64,000 bases of DNA from Candidatus Thalassarchaeaceae archaeon (GCA_943841885.1 CALSZZ010000004.1:133894-197893); one strand, 5' to 3'; numbered from the stretch's first letter, positions 1 through 10,254 are shown. Translations and numbers: made by a program. The notes: generated by a model from the letters alone, not told the origin.

Positions 1-447
1 AGTACCTGCAAGTAATGTTTTTTGACCTTTAGAAATATTCTCTCCACACTTACGGACATATTCTCTTCTTGCAGGGCCATTGATTGTTACAAGATTTCCA
101 TCTATTACTGTATCCTCTATTATTACAATAGCATCTGCGCCCTCGGGCATTGGTGCACCTGTCATTATTCTACAAGCTTCTCCAGATTTCACTGAATTAG
201 ATTTATAATTACCAGTTTGATTAGTCCCAATTATTATTAATTTATTACCCAAATTTTGACAATCTTCTGATCTTACAGCCCAGCCGTCCATAGAAGAATT
301 ATCAAAACGTGGATCATTAACTTTTGAATGTATATCAATAGCTAATATCCTATCTATTGCATCATCCAATGAAACTATTTCTGATTTCCTAGTTAGAGGT
401 GTTTCGCAAGATATACTAATAGCATCCTCTATTGTTACCCCTTCCAT
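1..447 (-). CDS. moeA: Molybdopterin molybdenumtransferase MoeA, 5' part (runs off the window)
   Basis: Not in the ORF track. Manual translation gives MEGVTIEDAIS...PRFDNSSMDGWAVR...IMTGAPMPEGADAIV, matching the MoeA SxMDG and TGAxxPxGADAV motifs. Confidence 0.9.
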   Translation of the reverse strand, partial: MEGVTIEDAISISCETPLTRKSEIVSLDDAIDRILAIDIHSKVNDPRFDNSSMDGWAVRSEDCQNLGNKLIIIGTNQTGNYKSNSVKSGEACRIMTGAPMPEGADAIVIIEDTVIDGNLVTINGPARREYVRKCGENISKGQKTLLAGT

Positions 448-499
448 GATGTTGATATGAGGAGGAAGTTGTTAAAGTTCTCTTGCTTTAGCAATTGAT

Positions 500-1255
500 A
501 TGGAGTTGGGTTTTGAGATAATTGTATTATGGTTATTTTTAATGGCCGTATTGTACTCTTCTGTCGGACACGGGGGTGCTTCTGGCTATTTGGCTATTTT
601 ATCTTTAAGTATTTATGCCAATGAAGGTGATTTATGGCTAAAACAACACGCTTGGATATTAAACATTATAGTAGCAGGGGTTGCATTTTTTAATTATAGA
701 AAGGAAGGATTTCACGATTTTAATCTGAGTTGGCCTTTCTTAATAACTAGTATTCCTTTTACTCTTTATGCTAGTTCATTAAAAATAGAGGGGAATAGTT
801 ATGATTTACTTCTTTCTTTATTTCTAATTTTTGCAGCCTGGAAACTAATAAACAATAAAAATTCAGAAAAAGAATCAGAAGTAACTATTCCTAAAATTTC
901 TCATTCATTAATTATAGGTGGATTGATAGGTTTAGTTTGTGGTTTGGTGGGAATTGGGGGTGGAGTTTTGTTATCTCCAATATTGGTAATTAAAGGATGG
1001 GCGAATCCAAAGACAGCCGCTGCTACTTCTGCAGTTTTTATTTGGTTTAATTCTGCAGCAGGAATTTTGGGATCTAGTGTTTCTAATCATCTTGTTAGTC
1101 TTGATAACATTGTCCCATTTGCCATAGCGGTATTATTAGGAGCATATATTGGCTCAAAATATGGTTCAGAAAGTGCACAACAAAAATCTGTAAGATATAT
1201 TTTAACCGCAGTTTTGCTCATTGCCGCTTCAAAAAGAATTTTTGAAATATTCTAA
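500..1255 (+). CDS. TauE/SafE (TSUP) family membrane transporter
   Basis: Multi-TM protein with the repeated motifs VGHGGASG and VGIGGGVLLSP. Divergent from moeA. Confidence 0.85.
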   Translation: MELGFEIIVLWLFLMAVLYSSVGHGGASGYLAILSLSIYANEGDLWLKQHAWILNIIVAGVAFFNYRKEGFHDFNLSWPFLITSIPFTLYASSLKIEGNSYDLLLSLFLIFAAWKLINNKNSEKESEVTIPKISHSLIIGGLIGLVCGLVGIGGGVLLSPILVIKGWANPKTAAATSAVFIWFNSAAGILGSSVSNHLVSLDNIVPFAIAVLLGAYIGSKYGSESAQQKSVRYILTAVLLIAASKRIFEIF

Positions 1256-1267
1256 ATCTTTTTTTAT

Positions 1268-1900
1268 CTAGATAGAAATACTAGTTATATCTATCAAGCC
1301 ACTGTAAAAAATAACCCCTATTAAGGAAGATAATATAAGTAACGTAAAGATTATTTTTTTGGTTTTTCTCTTTTCTTTCTTCTCTTTAGGAACGTCAGAA
1401 AAATTAGTATTTGCTGGGGGTAAGATTAATTCAGGAAGTGGGAGAGGGGGTAATGTATTATCTTCATTATGAATAAGTTCTGGATATAACTCGTCTAAAT
1501 CGTCTAATCCTGGAGCGTCGGGAATTTTTGAAAAGAAATCTTTCCATTTTTCATTAATCTTAGATTTAGTAAGTGGTGTAATCAAAACTCCTACTGCACC
1601 TGCAGAATATGCGGCATCCTGTGCCTTGGATAGTCTTGTTTTGCTTGAAACAAAAACAATTCTAGCATTTGGATCTATTTCTCTAATTTCCAAAGCTGTA
1701 ATATGACCATCCATTGATGTTAAATCTAAGCTTATAAAAATAATTTCTGGATTATATTCGACATATTTATCTACAGTTTTATCACCATCTGATGTTTTAT
1801 TACATGTCCAGCCTTTTTCTTTCATTATGGTATTTATTCTCCCTGCAGTTATTGAATTATTAATTGCAATCAACGCAATCTTCTGTTTCTGGGCAGTCAT
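1268..1900 (-). CDS. Atypical response-regulator receiver domain protein with Pro-rich linker and C-terminal TM anchor
   Basis: REC-like pattern (PEIIFISLDLTSMDG, IVFVS, AGAVGVLITP), then a Lys-rich stretch and a hydrophobic C-terminus. Confidence 0.75.
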   Translation of the reverse strand: MTAQKQKIALIAINNSITAGRINTIMKEKGWTCNKTSDGDKTVDKYVEYNPEIIFISLDLTSMDGHITALEIREIDPNARIVFVSSKTRLSKAQDAAYSAGAVGVLITPLTKSKINEKWKDFFSKIPDAPGLDDLDELYPELIHNEDNTLPPLPLPELILPPANTNFSDVPKEKKEKRKTKKIIFTLLILSSLIGVIFYSGLIDITSISI

Positions 1901-1948
1901 TCTAATAGATTCAGAGAGGGCTTTATTTACAATAGTACGCTATCAAAT

Positions 1949-3217
1949 TTAGTTTAAAATAGAATTTAATAACCATTTAGGATTGAATAATTCTAAATCT
2001 TCGTATTCTTGTCCTACACCAGCCAATATTATTGGTCGGCCGGTTGCGTGAGCAATAGAAAGTGCTGCTCCACCTCGGGCATCAGTATCTAATTTCGATA
2101 ATATTGCTCCATCAAATGATAATACTTTTTGAAATTCTTTTGCTTGCAATACAGCATCATTTCCCGCTAAGGCATCGGCGACGAATAGAACCAGATGCGG
2201 TTTAGTGACTCTATGTATTTTCTGTAATTCATTCATTAGATTTGTCTTGTTTTGCATTCTTCCAGCGGTATCGATTATCACTATATCTTCCCCTTTCGCC
2301 TTAGCACTCTCTATAGCATCTCTAGAAACTGCTGCTGCATCTCCTCCTCTTTGACTTTGGATACACCTAACATTTAATTTTTGAGCGTGTAATGATAATT
2401 GATCTATTGCACCAGCCCTAAATGTATCAGCCGCAGCCAAAACAACTGAGTAGCCAATATTTGTTAAACGGTGTGTTATTTTAGCTGTAGTAGTTGTTTT
2501 TCCAGTTCCATTCACTCCAACTATCATTATAGTAACAGGTGTTTCTTCAGATACGAAGTTTTGTATTGTTTTATCAAAATCCCAGTATCCTGCTTCTAAT
2601 AATGAAATAAGTGCATTTTTTACAACCCTTTCTATTAATTCTTCTAAATTTATTTTTTTATTTACACGAGCCCCAATCAGTTGAATTCGTAAGAGACTTA
2701 TTAATTCTGATACTGATGAATGCCCTATGTCTGAGGAAAGGAGATCTTCTTCTAATTCCTCTAAAATCTGTTCTAAAACAGGACCTCCTTTAATTATTCG
2801 ACCTCCTCTTTGTACTTCATCTTGAGAAAAATCTATGTTAAATTTAGATGTATTTGTTTTCACTAACTCTCTCCCAGTAGTAGAATGCATAACGTTATTT
2901 GTTTTTCTTTTATGTTTAGTTTTGATATTCTTTTTTATTTTCTCCTCTCTTAAACGTTTTTTTCTTTCTTTTGATGTCTTATTGGAAAAAGGATTCGTAA
3001 TTATATTATTCTCAGGATCATCCCACTCTTCTTCAGCTGTAGTGTTCGTTTCTATTTCATTTTCTAGATTTTTATATTTATTATTTTTAATTTTGGCAAG
3101 GTTTTTCTCTCTTTGAGCGATTGCTAACATAGCCTCTTTAGAATCCTCATCTGCTGTAATTTCATTTTTAATTCGGGGTTCATTAACTCTTTTTTTAAAT
3201 CTGTCAAATAAGCCCAT
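1949..3217 (-). CDS. ftsY: Signal recognition particle receptor FtsY
   Basis: Motifs GVNGTGKTTT, DTFRAGA, DTAGR and KLDTDARGG. Likely start MGLFDRF at 3217 after a GAGGT SD. Confidence 0.95.
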   Translation of the reverse strand: MGLFDRFKKRVNEPRIKNEITADEDSKEAMLAIAQREKNLAKIKNNKYKNLENEIETNTTAEEEWDDPENNIITNPFSNKTSKERKKRLREEKIKKNIKTKHKRKTNNVMHSTTGRELVKTNTSKFNIDFSQDEVQRGGRIIKGGPVLEQILEELEEDLLSSDIGHSSVSELISLLRIQLIGARVNKKINLEELIERVVKNALISLLEAGYWDFDKTIQNFVSEETPVTIMIVGVNGTGKTTTTAKITHRLTNIGYSVVLAAADTFRAGAIDQLSLHAQKLNVRCIQSQRGGDAAAVSRDAIESAKAKGEDIVIIDTAGRMQNKTNLMNELQKIHRVTKPHLVLFVADALAGNDAVLQAKEFQKVLSFDGAILSKLDTDARGGAALSIAHATGRPIILAGVGQEYEDLELFNPKWLLNSILN

Positions 3218-3227
3218 TGAAAATACC

Positions 3228-3755
3228 TCAATCATCAAGTGTTAATTCTGTCCCTCTTTTCCTTCTTTTTCTTGGATTTATGGTTGCTGGCGAGCCTGTC
3301 TTACTATTTTCTTCATCAATTATTTCAGTTTTTCCTTCTTGAATTTGTTCTACTCCTGTAGTAAATTGATGAGCTAATGAAACGATATACTGTTCTAAAA
3401 CGCCAAACTCAGATTTTAATTTTTCTATGATACTGCTTAATTCTTCATTTCTCTTATCCAAGACCAAAATAGCCTCCTCTCTAGTTTTTTCTGCCTGAAC
3501 TCTGCTACCTATATCAATAACTGCACCAGCATCTTTTGGGATATTCGCTAATATTTGAACTCCGGAACCCAATGGTATCATAACTCCCTCAGCACCTTCT
3601 TTAGGAATTGTATTTAATGTTTGTAAGGCTAAATTTTGTTCTAATTTTACTTCTTCTAATCTTTTTATCTGCTGTTCCATTGCCTGTAAGCGCTCTCTAC
3701 TTATTTCGACTTGTTGTGCAATTTTTTGCAATTCAGTCTTGTCTGTAGTAGTCAT
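3228..3755 (-). CDS. pfdA: Prefoldin alpha subunit
   Basis: Coiled coil / beta-hairpin (IPLGSGV..VIDIGS) / coiled coil. Conserved position upstream of ftsY. Confidence 0.9.
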   Translation of the reverse strand: MTTTDKTELQKIAQQVEISRERLQAMEQQIKRLEEVKLEQNLALQTLNTIPKEGAEGVMIPLGSGVQILANIPKDAGAVIDIGSRVQAEKTREEAILVLDKRNEELSSIIEKLKSEFGVLEQYIVSLAHQFTTGVEQIQEGKTEIIDEENSKTGSPATINPRKRRKRGTELTLDD

Positions 3756-3757
3756 CG

Positions 3758-3775
3758 GGATAAGCGAACTTATCC
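3758..3775 (-). promoter_or_regulatory. Perfect 7-bp hairpin with UUCG tetraloop directly before the pfdA start
   Basis: Minus strand reads GGATAAG-TTCG-CTTATCC. Confidence 0.45.
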
Positions 3776-3812
3776 ACTGTCATGAATCCGTCGGAAATAA
3801 TATCAATTAAAA

Positions 3813-5714
3813 CTACCTTAAAAAATCTTTTTCCAGAAAATCAATAATAATATCAGCGGCAGATTCGGGAGAGCTTATTGTGGTATCTATTCTAATCTCC
3901 GGATTTTGAGGATTTTCAAATGGACTAGAAATACCAGTGAAATTTGGTAACTGACCTGATCTCGCTTTGGCATAAAGACCTTTTACATCTCTTTCTTCAC
4001 ATATTGACAAGGGAGTATCAACAAATATTTCTATAAATTCACCTTCTTGGACTAGGGAACGTATCATTCTTCTTTCAGATTCAAATGGAGAAATAAATGC
4101 AGTTATGCAAATTAAGCCACTATCTACCATTAATTTTGTAACTTCACCCACTCTTCGGATATTTTCTACTCTATCGGCTTCAGTAAATCCAAGATCTTTG
4201 TTCAATCCGTGTCTAATATTATCACCATCCAGTACAATGGTATGTTTGCCCATTGTGTGTAATTTCTTTTCTAAAATATTTGCTATAGAAGATTTTCCAG
4301 ATCCGGAAAGTCCAGTGAACCAAATTATTTTTGGTAATTGATTTTTTTGTTGAGCGCGTTGCTCCTTTGTGATGTCCATATTTTGCCAATGAATATTATC
4401 TGAACGTCTTAGTGCGAAATCAATAAGACCCATCCCAACAGTATGGTTTGATAGTTTATCAATAATTATAAATCCACCAGTAGTTTTATTTTGTCTGTAA
4501 GGGTCAAAAGCAATTCTTTTATTTAGAGAGATGTTACATACAGCGATTTGATTTAATTCTAGATTATTTGCTGGTATTTCATTTAATGTATTTACATCTA
4601 TTTGATATTTTAACTTCCCTAAATTTAACATTGCAGTTTGTGTATTAGATTTGAATATATACTGTCTCCCTGGCTTCATTGTTTCGTCACTCATCCACAG
4701 AATTCGAGACTGAAATTGATCTGCTTCACCACATGGTTCATGAGCAGAAACAATTACATTACCTCTTGAAACATCTATTTCATCACTCAATGTTATAGTT
4801 ACTGAATTACCAGTCTTAGCCTCACTTAATTCTTGATCATATGAAAAAATTGATTTAATTGACGAGTTTTTTCCACCAGGTAAGACTCTTATTTTATCTC
4901 CAATTTTAATTTTTCCACTTGCAACTAAGCCGCAATATCCTCGAAAATCCAAATTTGGCCTATTGACCCATTGGACTGGCATTCTGAATGGTTCTGAGGA
5001 ATTTGCTTCTTCGACCTCAACAGTTTCTAAATATTTCATGATAGTTGGTCCTGTATACCATGGCGTATTTTCACTCCTAGAAGTAATATTATCTCCTAAT
5101 AGAGCAGAAATCGGTATGGTTGTTATTTCTTCAATTTCTAATGCTTCTTTAGCAAATTTAGAATATTCTTTTACTATATTTTCATATATTTCTTTGGAGT
5201 AATCTACTAAATCCAGTTTATTTATTGCCAATATTATTTTTTTAACTCCCACCATTGAAACGATGAAAGAATGTCTTTTTGTTTGGGTCATTATTCCATT
5301 TCTAGCATCAACTAATATTATGGCAGCATCCGCTGTCGATGATCCTGTGGCCATGTTACGTGTATATTCTTCATGCCCTGGTGTATCTGCAACAATATAC
5401 TTCCTATTTTCTGTAGAGAAAAACCGATAGGCGACGTCTATGGTTATGCCTTGTTCTCTTTCTGCTGATAATCCATCAACCAATAAGGCGAAATCTATGT
5501 CCTGACCTTGTGTTCCCATACTCTTTGAGTCCTTTTTTAATGCAGATAATTGGTCATCAAATAGCATATGAGACTCATATAGCATCCGACCTATTAGTGT
5601 TGATTTGCCATCATCTACAGAACCACAAGTAATGAATCTGAGTATTTCTTTCTCTTGATGTTTTTTCAGGTATAGATCGATATCTTGCGCTATTAAATCG
5701 TCCACATGCACCAT
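3813..5714 (-). CDS. cysNC: Bifunctional sulfate adenylyltransferase subunit 1 / adenylylsulfate kinase (CysN/CysC, NodQ-like)
   Basis: GTPase motifs GSVDDGKST, DTPGH and NKLD. C-terminal APS kinase motifs GLSGSGKS, LDGDNIR and RDVKGLY. Confidence 0.95.
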   Translation of the reverse strand: MVHVDDLIAQDIDLYLKKHQEKEILRFITCGSVDDGKSTLIGRMLYESHMLFDDQLSALKKDSKSMGTQGQDIDFALLVDGLSAEREQGITIDVAYRFFSTENRKYIVADTPGHEEYTRNMATGSSTADAAIILVDARNGIMTQTKRHSFIVSMVGVKKIILAINKLDLVDYSKEIYENIVKEYSKFAKEALEIEEITTIPISALLGDNITSRSENTPWYTGPTIMKYLETVEVEEANSSEPFRMPVQWVNRPNLDFRGYCGLVASGKIKIGDKIRVLPGGKNSSIKSIFSYDQELSEAKTGNSVTITLSDEIDVSRGNVIVSAHEPCGEADQFQSRILWMSDETMKPGRQYIFKSNTQTAMLNLGKLKYQIDVNTLNEIPANNLELNQIAVCNISLNKRIAFDPYRQNKTTGGFIIIDKLSNHTVGMGLIDFALRRSDNIHWQNMDITKEQRAQQKNQLPKIIWFTGLSGSGKSSIANILEKKLHTMGKHTIVLDGDNIRHGLNKDLGFTEADRVENIRRVGEVTKLMVDSGLICITAFISPFESERRMIRSLVQEGEFIEIFVDTPLSICEERDVKGLYAKARSGQLPNFTGISSPFENPQNPEIRIDTTISSPESAADIIIDFLEKDFLR

Positions 5715-6607
5715 TAGAAATAACCTTCCTGTTTTTTCTTTTCCATTGAAGATTTGGTATCAAAATCAATAGTTCGCCCCTGACGTTCTGAAGTAGTAGT
5801 TAGTAGCATTTCCTGAATTATATCAGGCAGTGTGTCTGCTTCTGACTCTACAGCACCAGAAAGTGGATAGCAGCCAAGGGTACGAAATCTGACACTCTTC
5901 ATAATTGGTTCTTCTCCTTCTTCTAGAGGTATTCTATCATCATCTACGAGTATCAGAGTTCCATCTCTTTCAACTACTGGTCTTTTTTTAGAAAAATAAA
6001 GAGGTACTATAGGTATTTTTTCAAGGTGTATGTATTGCCAAATATCTAATTCAGTCCAATTGGATAGTGGGAATACTCGGATTGTTTCTCCTTTGTTCTT
6101 ATAAGAATTGTAGATATTCCATAATTCAGGTCTTTGTTTTTTAGGATCCCAGCGATGTTCTTTAGATCTAAATGAAAAAATTCTTTCTTTTGCCCTTGAT
6201 TTTTCCTCATCACGCCTGGCACCGCCAAATGCAACATCAAATTGATATTTGTCGATTGCTTGTTTCAATCCTTCTGTTTTCATAATTTCTGTATGTTTAG
6301 CAGATCCATGAGTGAATGGACTTATGTTCATTTTTTGACCTTCTGGATTGATATGCACAATCAAGTCTAATCCTTGTTCATTTGCAGTTTTATCTCTGAA
6401 TTCTATCATTTCTGAAAATTTCCAGGTTGTATCTATATGCATTATTGGGAAAGGGAGTTTAGAGGGATGGAAAGCTTTCTTTGCAAGATGCAGCATCACT
6501 GAAGAGTCTTTTCCAATTGAATAGAGCATAACTGGATTTTCTGCCTCGGCTACAACTTCTCGCATGATGTGAATCGCTTCAGCTTCAAGGGACTCGAGGT
6601 GCGTCAT
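5714..6607 (-). CDS. cysD: Sulfate adenylyltransferase subunit 2
   Basis: Motifs [24 protein letters not shown] and the terminal KKQEGYF. Likely start [10 protein letters not shown]. Confidence 0.95.
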   Translation of the reverse strand: MTHLESLEAEAIHIMREVVAEAENPVMLYSIGKDSSVMLHLAKKAFHPSKLPFPIMHIDTTWKFSEMIEFRDKTANEQGLDLIVHINPEGQKMNISPFTHGSAKHTEIMKTEGLKQAIDKYQFDVAFGGARRDEEKSRAKERIFSFRSKEHRWDPKKQRPELWNIYNSYKNKGETIRVFPLSNWTELDIWQYIHLEKIPIVPLYFSKKRPVVERDGTLILVDDDRIPLEEGEEPIMKSVRFRTLGCYPLSGAVESEADTLPDIIQEMLLTTTSERQGRTIDFDTKSSMEKKKQEGYF

Positions 6608-6654
6608 TGATACTCGGAATATTGATGCGTATTTCACATCAGCGGGGAATATGT

Positions 6655-7458
6655 TCAATTTATATTATTATTTTGCTTAATCCAATTCTTTGTCCATCTA
6701 TCATCTGCAGCCACTAAAAAGTATGGATTTAAGATATTTTTAATAATATCATAATTCAATGTGTTTCCTTCGGGATCTAAGACGAGCCCCCCTGCACTTA
6801 ATACAATAGCATGTGCAGCAGCTATATCCCAGCACGATGTAGGGCCAAATCTTGGATATAGGTCAGCGTTTCCTTCTGCTACAATACATGCCTTAAGAGA
6901 AGAGCCCATTCTTACTAGATCATAATCACCTAAAGTTTTCGCAAAATTTTCGTCGAGTGGTCCTCGATGAGAGCCACTAGCTACTAGTCGTACAGGTGAT
7001 GGTGAAATAGAGGGTTTGACCATCATTAATCCTGAGCCTGATGGGCCTCTTCGTTCCGCAGGAATCATGACTCCTCCAAACCACGTTGTTTTTGTCACAG
7101 GAGCGTGGACTACTCCAAAAATTGGTTTCCAGAAATCATTTTCTTTCTGCATAAGAGCTATGTTCACAGTAAACATTCCATTTCTCTTTATGAATTCCTT
7201 TGTTCCATCTAATGGATCTACCAACCAACACAATTTACTTGTTTGGGGATTACCTTCTATTCCCTCTTCAGAAACTATTGGTGTTGAATCAATACCTAGG
7301 AGATTGTTGACAATTATATTATGAGCAGCTATATCCGCCTCAGTTAAAGGAGAGTTGTCATCTTTTTTCTCAACTTTTAATTCTTCACTTCGATTATAAA
7401 TCTCTAATATTGCCTTTCCTGCTAACTCGGCTATATGAATAATTTTTTCTGGATTCAA
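6655..7458 (-). CDS. cysQ: 3'(2'),5'-bisphosphate nucleotidase CysQ
   Basis: Motifs [22 protein letters not shown] and WDIAA. Adjacent to cysDN. Confidence 0.92.
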   Translation of the reverse strand: MNPEKIIHIAELAGKAILEIYNRSEELKVEKKDDNSPLTEADIAAHNIIVNNLLGIDSTPIVSEEGIEGNPQTSKLCWLVDPLDGTKEFIKRNGMFTVNIALMQKENDFWKPIFGVVHAPVTKTTWFGGVMIPAERRGPSGSGLMMVKPSISPSPVRLVASGSHRGPLDENFAKTLGDYDLVRMGSSLKACIVAEGNADLYPRFGPTSCWDIAAAHAIVLSAGGLVLDPEGNTLNYDIIKNILNPYFLVAADDRWTKNWIKQNNNIN

Positions 7459-7477
7459 AAATTAAAACTCCTTAAAA

Positions 7478-8029
7478 TTAGAAATCTTGTATTTCTTTTG
7501 CCGCTTCTTCCAGTTGTTCACGACCCTTTTCTGATAGATGAAAGAGGTACGGGTCTTCTTCTCCTATTATTTCCTTCCATGATGACATTGTTCTCGCCCA
7601 TATTTCTTGGCTTGCATTCCATTCAAGCCATCTATCTATAAAATCACAATGTCTTAGAATTTCGGGATTATCATCTGAGGTTTTTCGTAATATGGTGTTG
7701 GTTTGGGATAAAATCAGTCCTACCGGAGCATTTATTTTGTATGTTGTGAAAGGATTTCTTTCTTGTACAACTGTGAGATGTTCACGCCACAACCCGAGAA
7801 CTACATCATAAGTCCAACCTAACAATAATACCCCTATTAATACTGCAAGAGCAATAGAAAGAAGACCCCAATATGTTGTTGATACCCCTATAATATCATT
7901 CTTATTTGTGAAGCGCCAGCTGACATAAGGCCACATTAAAAGTGTCAAAGTGGTAATCCAAAAAACCATTGAAATAAGGGTTTGGCTCTGTTGGATACGC
8001 CAATATTGGCGCATGAAAGCTTTTTTCAT
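7478..8029 (-). CDS. Hypothetical membrane protein (2 TM)
   Basis: 183-aa ORF with two hydrophobic segments, co-oriented with its neighbours. Confidence 0.7.
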   Translation of the reverse strand: MKKAFMRQYWRIQQSQTLISMVFWITTLTLLMWPYVSWRFTNKNDIIGVSTTYWGLLSIALAVLIGVLLLGWTYDVVLGLWREHLTVVQERNPFTTYKINAPVGLILSQTNTILRKTSDDNPEILRHCDFIDRWLEWNASQEIWARTMSSWKEIIGEEDPYLFHLSEKGREQLEEAAKEIQDF

Positions 8030-8088
8030 ACGACCCCTAGCCCTATCTATGCTTTCACAATTTTTATTATCTAACGGAAAAATGACTA

Positions 8089-8313
8089 TTATTCCCTAAA
8101 ATGAGCTATGACCGCGGGCGCTATTGAGTCAGCAGGGTTTATTGTTTCTAGTGAGTCTATTTGAATGAATCTACGCGGTACATTGTGTCTACTTCCAAAA
8201 TTAGAATATATACGATGTTTTGCATCTTCATCATCACTGGCTATAATATCCAATGTGTACGCCTGGTCGTGTTTGCCATTGCGAAATGTTCCTTTAGCCC
8301 TATACGCTTTCAT
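8089..8313 (-). CDS. rpl18a: 50S ribosomal protein eL20 (L18Ae/LX)
   Basis: MKAYRAKG..IYSNFGSRHNVPRRFIQI is typical of LX. Canonical TTTTATA box at -31. Confidence 0.9.
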   Translation of the reverse strand: MKAYRAKGTFRNGKHDQAYTLDIIASDDEDAKHRIYSNFGSRHNVPRRFIQIDSLETINPADSIAPAVIAHFRE

Positions 8314-8457
8314 ATCTTGAGCGAAGAAAGGTTTTGATATAAAAGCGCCGTGTTATATTAGTTTGGAAAAATAAATTAAGATGTAATAATGATGTTTTGG
8401 TAGGAAGATATACTCAAGGTTCAAATGTGTATTATCAAGTTTAGTTAATGAAAGTAG

Positions 8458-8904
8458 ATGGAATCATACAATGAAGACCAGGAAGGAGAAAAAATTTCTC
8501 CTTCCGAAAACGCTGATTTGGCTGAACGATTGAAGGATATTTCACAAGACCGTTTAGTTGAAGAAATTATAACTCTGTGGGATGAAGTAAACAATTTAGA
8601 ATTGGAATTAATAAAAATTAGAAAACAAAATAATGAAGGATTAAAAAATTATTCTAGCGGTGAAGATAGATCAGTTGTGGCTAGCTATGAAGAAAAGTTG
8701 AGAGTTGCTAATATAAGAATAACAAGACTTGAGAAGCAACTTCAGAATGAGAAAATTCGTAGAGAGTCTCTGAATTTAAATTTGGAAAAGATAAAAAAAT
8801 TAGAGTTAGAAAATTCAAATCTATTAAAAAATGAAGAAGAATTAATGGTTTTGATAATAGATATGGAAAGGCATATTGAAAAATTAGTAGAGTCTCTAAA
8901 ATAA
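8458..8904 (+). CDS. Coiled-coil hypothetical protein
   Basis: E/K/L-rich heptad pattern, 148 aa. Confidence 0.65.
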   Translation: MESYNEDQEGEKISPSENADLAERLKDISQDRLVEEIITLWDEVNNLELELIKIRKQNNEGLKNYSSGEDRSVVASYEEKLRVANIRITRLEKQLQNEKIRRESLNLNLEKIKKLELENSNLLKNEEELMVLIIDMERHIEKLVESLK

Positions 8905-9029
8905 GTAGAGTGATAGCACCAATACTACATACTAATTAGATTGAGAATTTATAATTAAATTATTTACGTTTTAAGGTAATATCCATTCGTTTTCCGAAGT
9001 GTTATCAAACCGGGTGTATCCGGAATGTT

Positions 9030-9824
9030 GTGCCGGGCGTATATGACCGCGAAAAAAAAAGCGCATTAACAAGGTCTATTTCATCTAGTTATTCAAAGGC
9101 TATATCAACGTTTTTTGGTAAAAATACTCCCAGTATGAATTTGGCCCAAGGGTCGCATAAAGCGTATGTTACTGCATTAGAAGCCCATGGAACAGATGTC
9201 GTTGTACTGCCCGAATTGCCTGATCATCCTGATTGTTGTTTTGTAGAAGATACTGCGATAATGATAGATGAGAAAGCTGTTATTTCTAATATGGGTCATC
9301 CATCTCGAGAAGGGGAAGAGCTTGCAGTGAAAGATTACTTATCAAAAGATTATGATATAATTAAAATGCCTAAAAAATGCAGATTAGATGGTGGAGATGT
9401 TGTTTTTTTTGATGATTGTTTCTTAATTGGGATTTCGTCTCGGACAAATAAACAAGGTGCTGAATTTCTAGGGAAAGAAATTACAGAAAATGGTTATGAT
9501 GTGAGATATATTAACATCCCTCAGAGTACTCTACACTTGACGACAGTGTGTTCCACTCCTCGTCCCGGGACAATAATCATGGCCGAAGGACATCTTAACC
9601 CGAAAGAATTTGGGTTTGTTGATGAGATAATAAAAATACCCAATTCAGAAAGTTATGCTTCAAATGTATTAGGTTATTCAAATGATAGAGTAGTGATTCC
9701 TAGTGACTTTCCACTAACTCGACAAATATTATTAGACAATAATTTTTCAATTACTTCAGTAGATATGGCGCCAATTATGGAAGCGGATGGTTCGCTTACA
9801 TGCCTATCTGTTTTCGTCAAATAA
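9030..9824 (+). CDS. Dimethylarginine dimethylaminohydrolase (amidinotransferase superfamily)
   Basis: Motifs PDCCFVEDTA, LDGGDV, LHL and GSLTCLS, giving the catalytic Asp/His/Cys. Confidence 0.85.
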   Translation: MPGVYDREKKSALTRSISSSYSKAISTFFGKNTPSMNLAQGSHKAYVTALEAHGTDVVVLPELPDHPDCCFVEDTAIMIDEKAVISNMGHPSREGEELAVKDYLSKDYDIIKMPKKCRLDGGDVVFFDDCFLIGISSRTNKQGAEFLGKEITENGYDVRYINIPQSTLHLTTVCSTPRPGTIIMAEGHLNPKEFGFVDEIIKIPNSESYASNVLGYSNDRVVIPSDFPLTRQILLDNNFSITSVDMAPIMEADGSLTCLSVFVK

Positions 9825-9825
9825 T

Positions 9826-10254
9826 TTATCTTAACATTTCTAACCAAAATTTACTTGTAAAAATTTTAGTAAATATTCGCTCTTCATTAGAAAAGGGGAC
9901 GTCGAAAGAATTAATACCATCCGGAAGAACTTGATTTAATTCTTTATTATCAAACCATATAGATTTACAACGTTCACACCTGTCGATTTGGATCTTGTCC
10001 TCAGAATATGAATTTAATGGAATAGATACAAAATATGTTTTCATCTTACCTGGGCAAACAGGACATGAAAATTTGGCATCTGTTGGTTCTTCTACAGGTA
10101 ATTGTAATCGTTTAATTATCCCAGGTTTTAGGTTTTTTTCTATCCAAGTATTACTTGCCATAGTTCCATGACATGAGCTACATAAAAATAATATTTCATT
10201 ATTATTATCTTCATTCATGTCTGTGTTGCAACAGGGGCATGAGGGAGGCGCCAC
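9826..10254 (-). CDS. Double zinc-ribbon (zf-TFIIB-like) protein
   Basis: CPCC..CSSC and CPVC..IDRCERCKSIWFDNKEL. Confidence 0.75.
   Translation of the reverse strand: MAPPSCPCCNTDMNEDNNNEILFLCSSCHGTMASNTWIEKNLKPGIIKRLQLPVEEPTDAKFSCPVCPGKMKTYFVSIPLNSYSEDKIQIDRCERCKSIWFDNKELNQVLPDGINSFDVPFSNEERIFTKIFTSKFWLEMLR

Noticed and set aside
8030..8090. Stop-free frame upstream of the 7478-8029 gene reaching into the rpl18a end (possible frameshift fusion)
   Set aside because: No slippery site or other support; a short open stretch is expected by chance.
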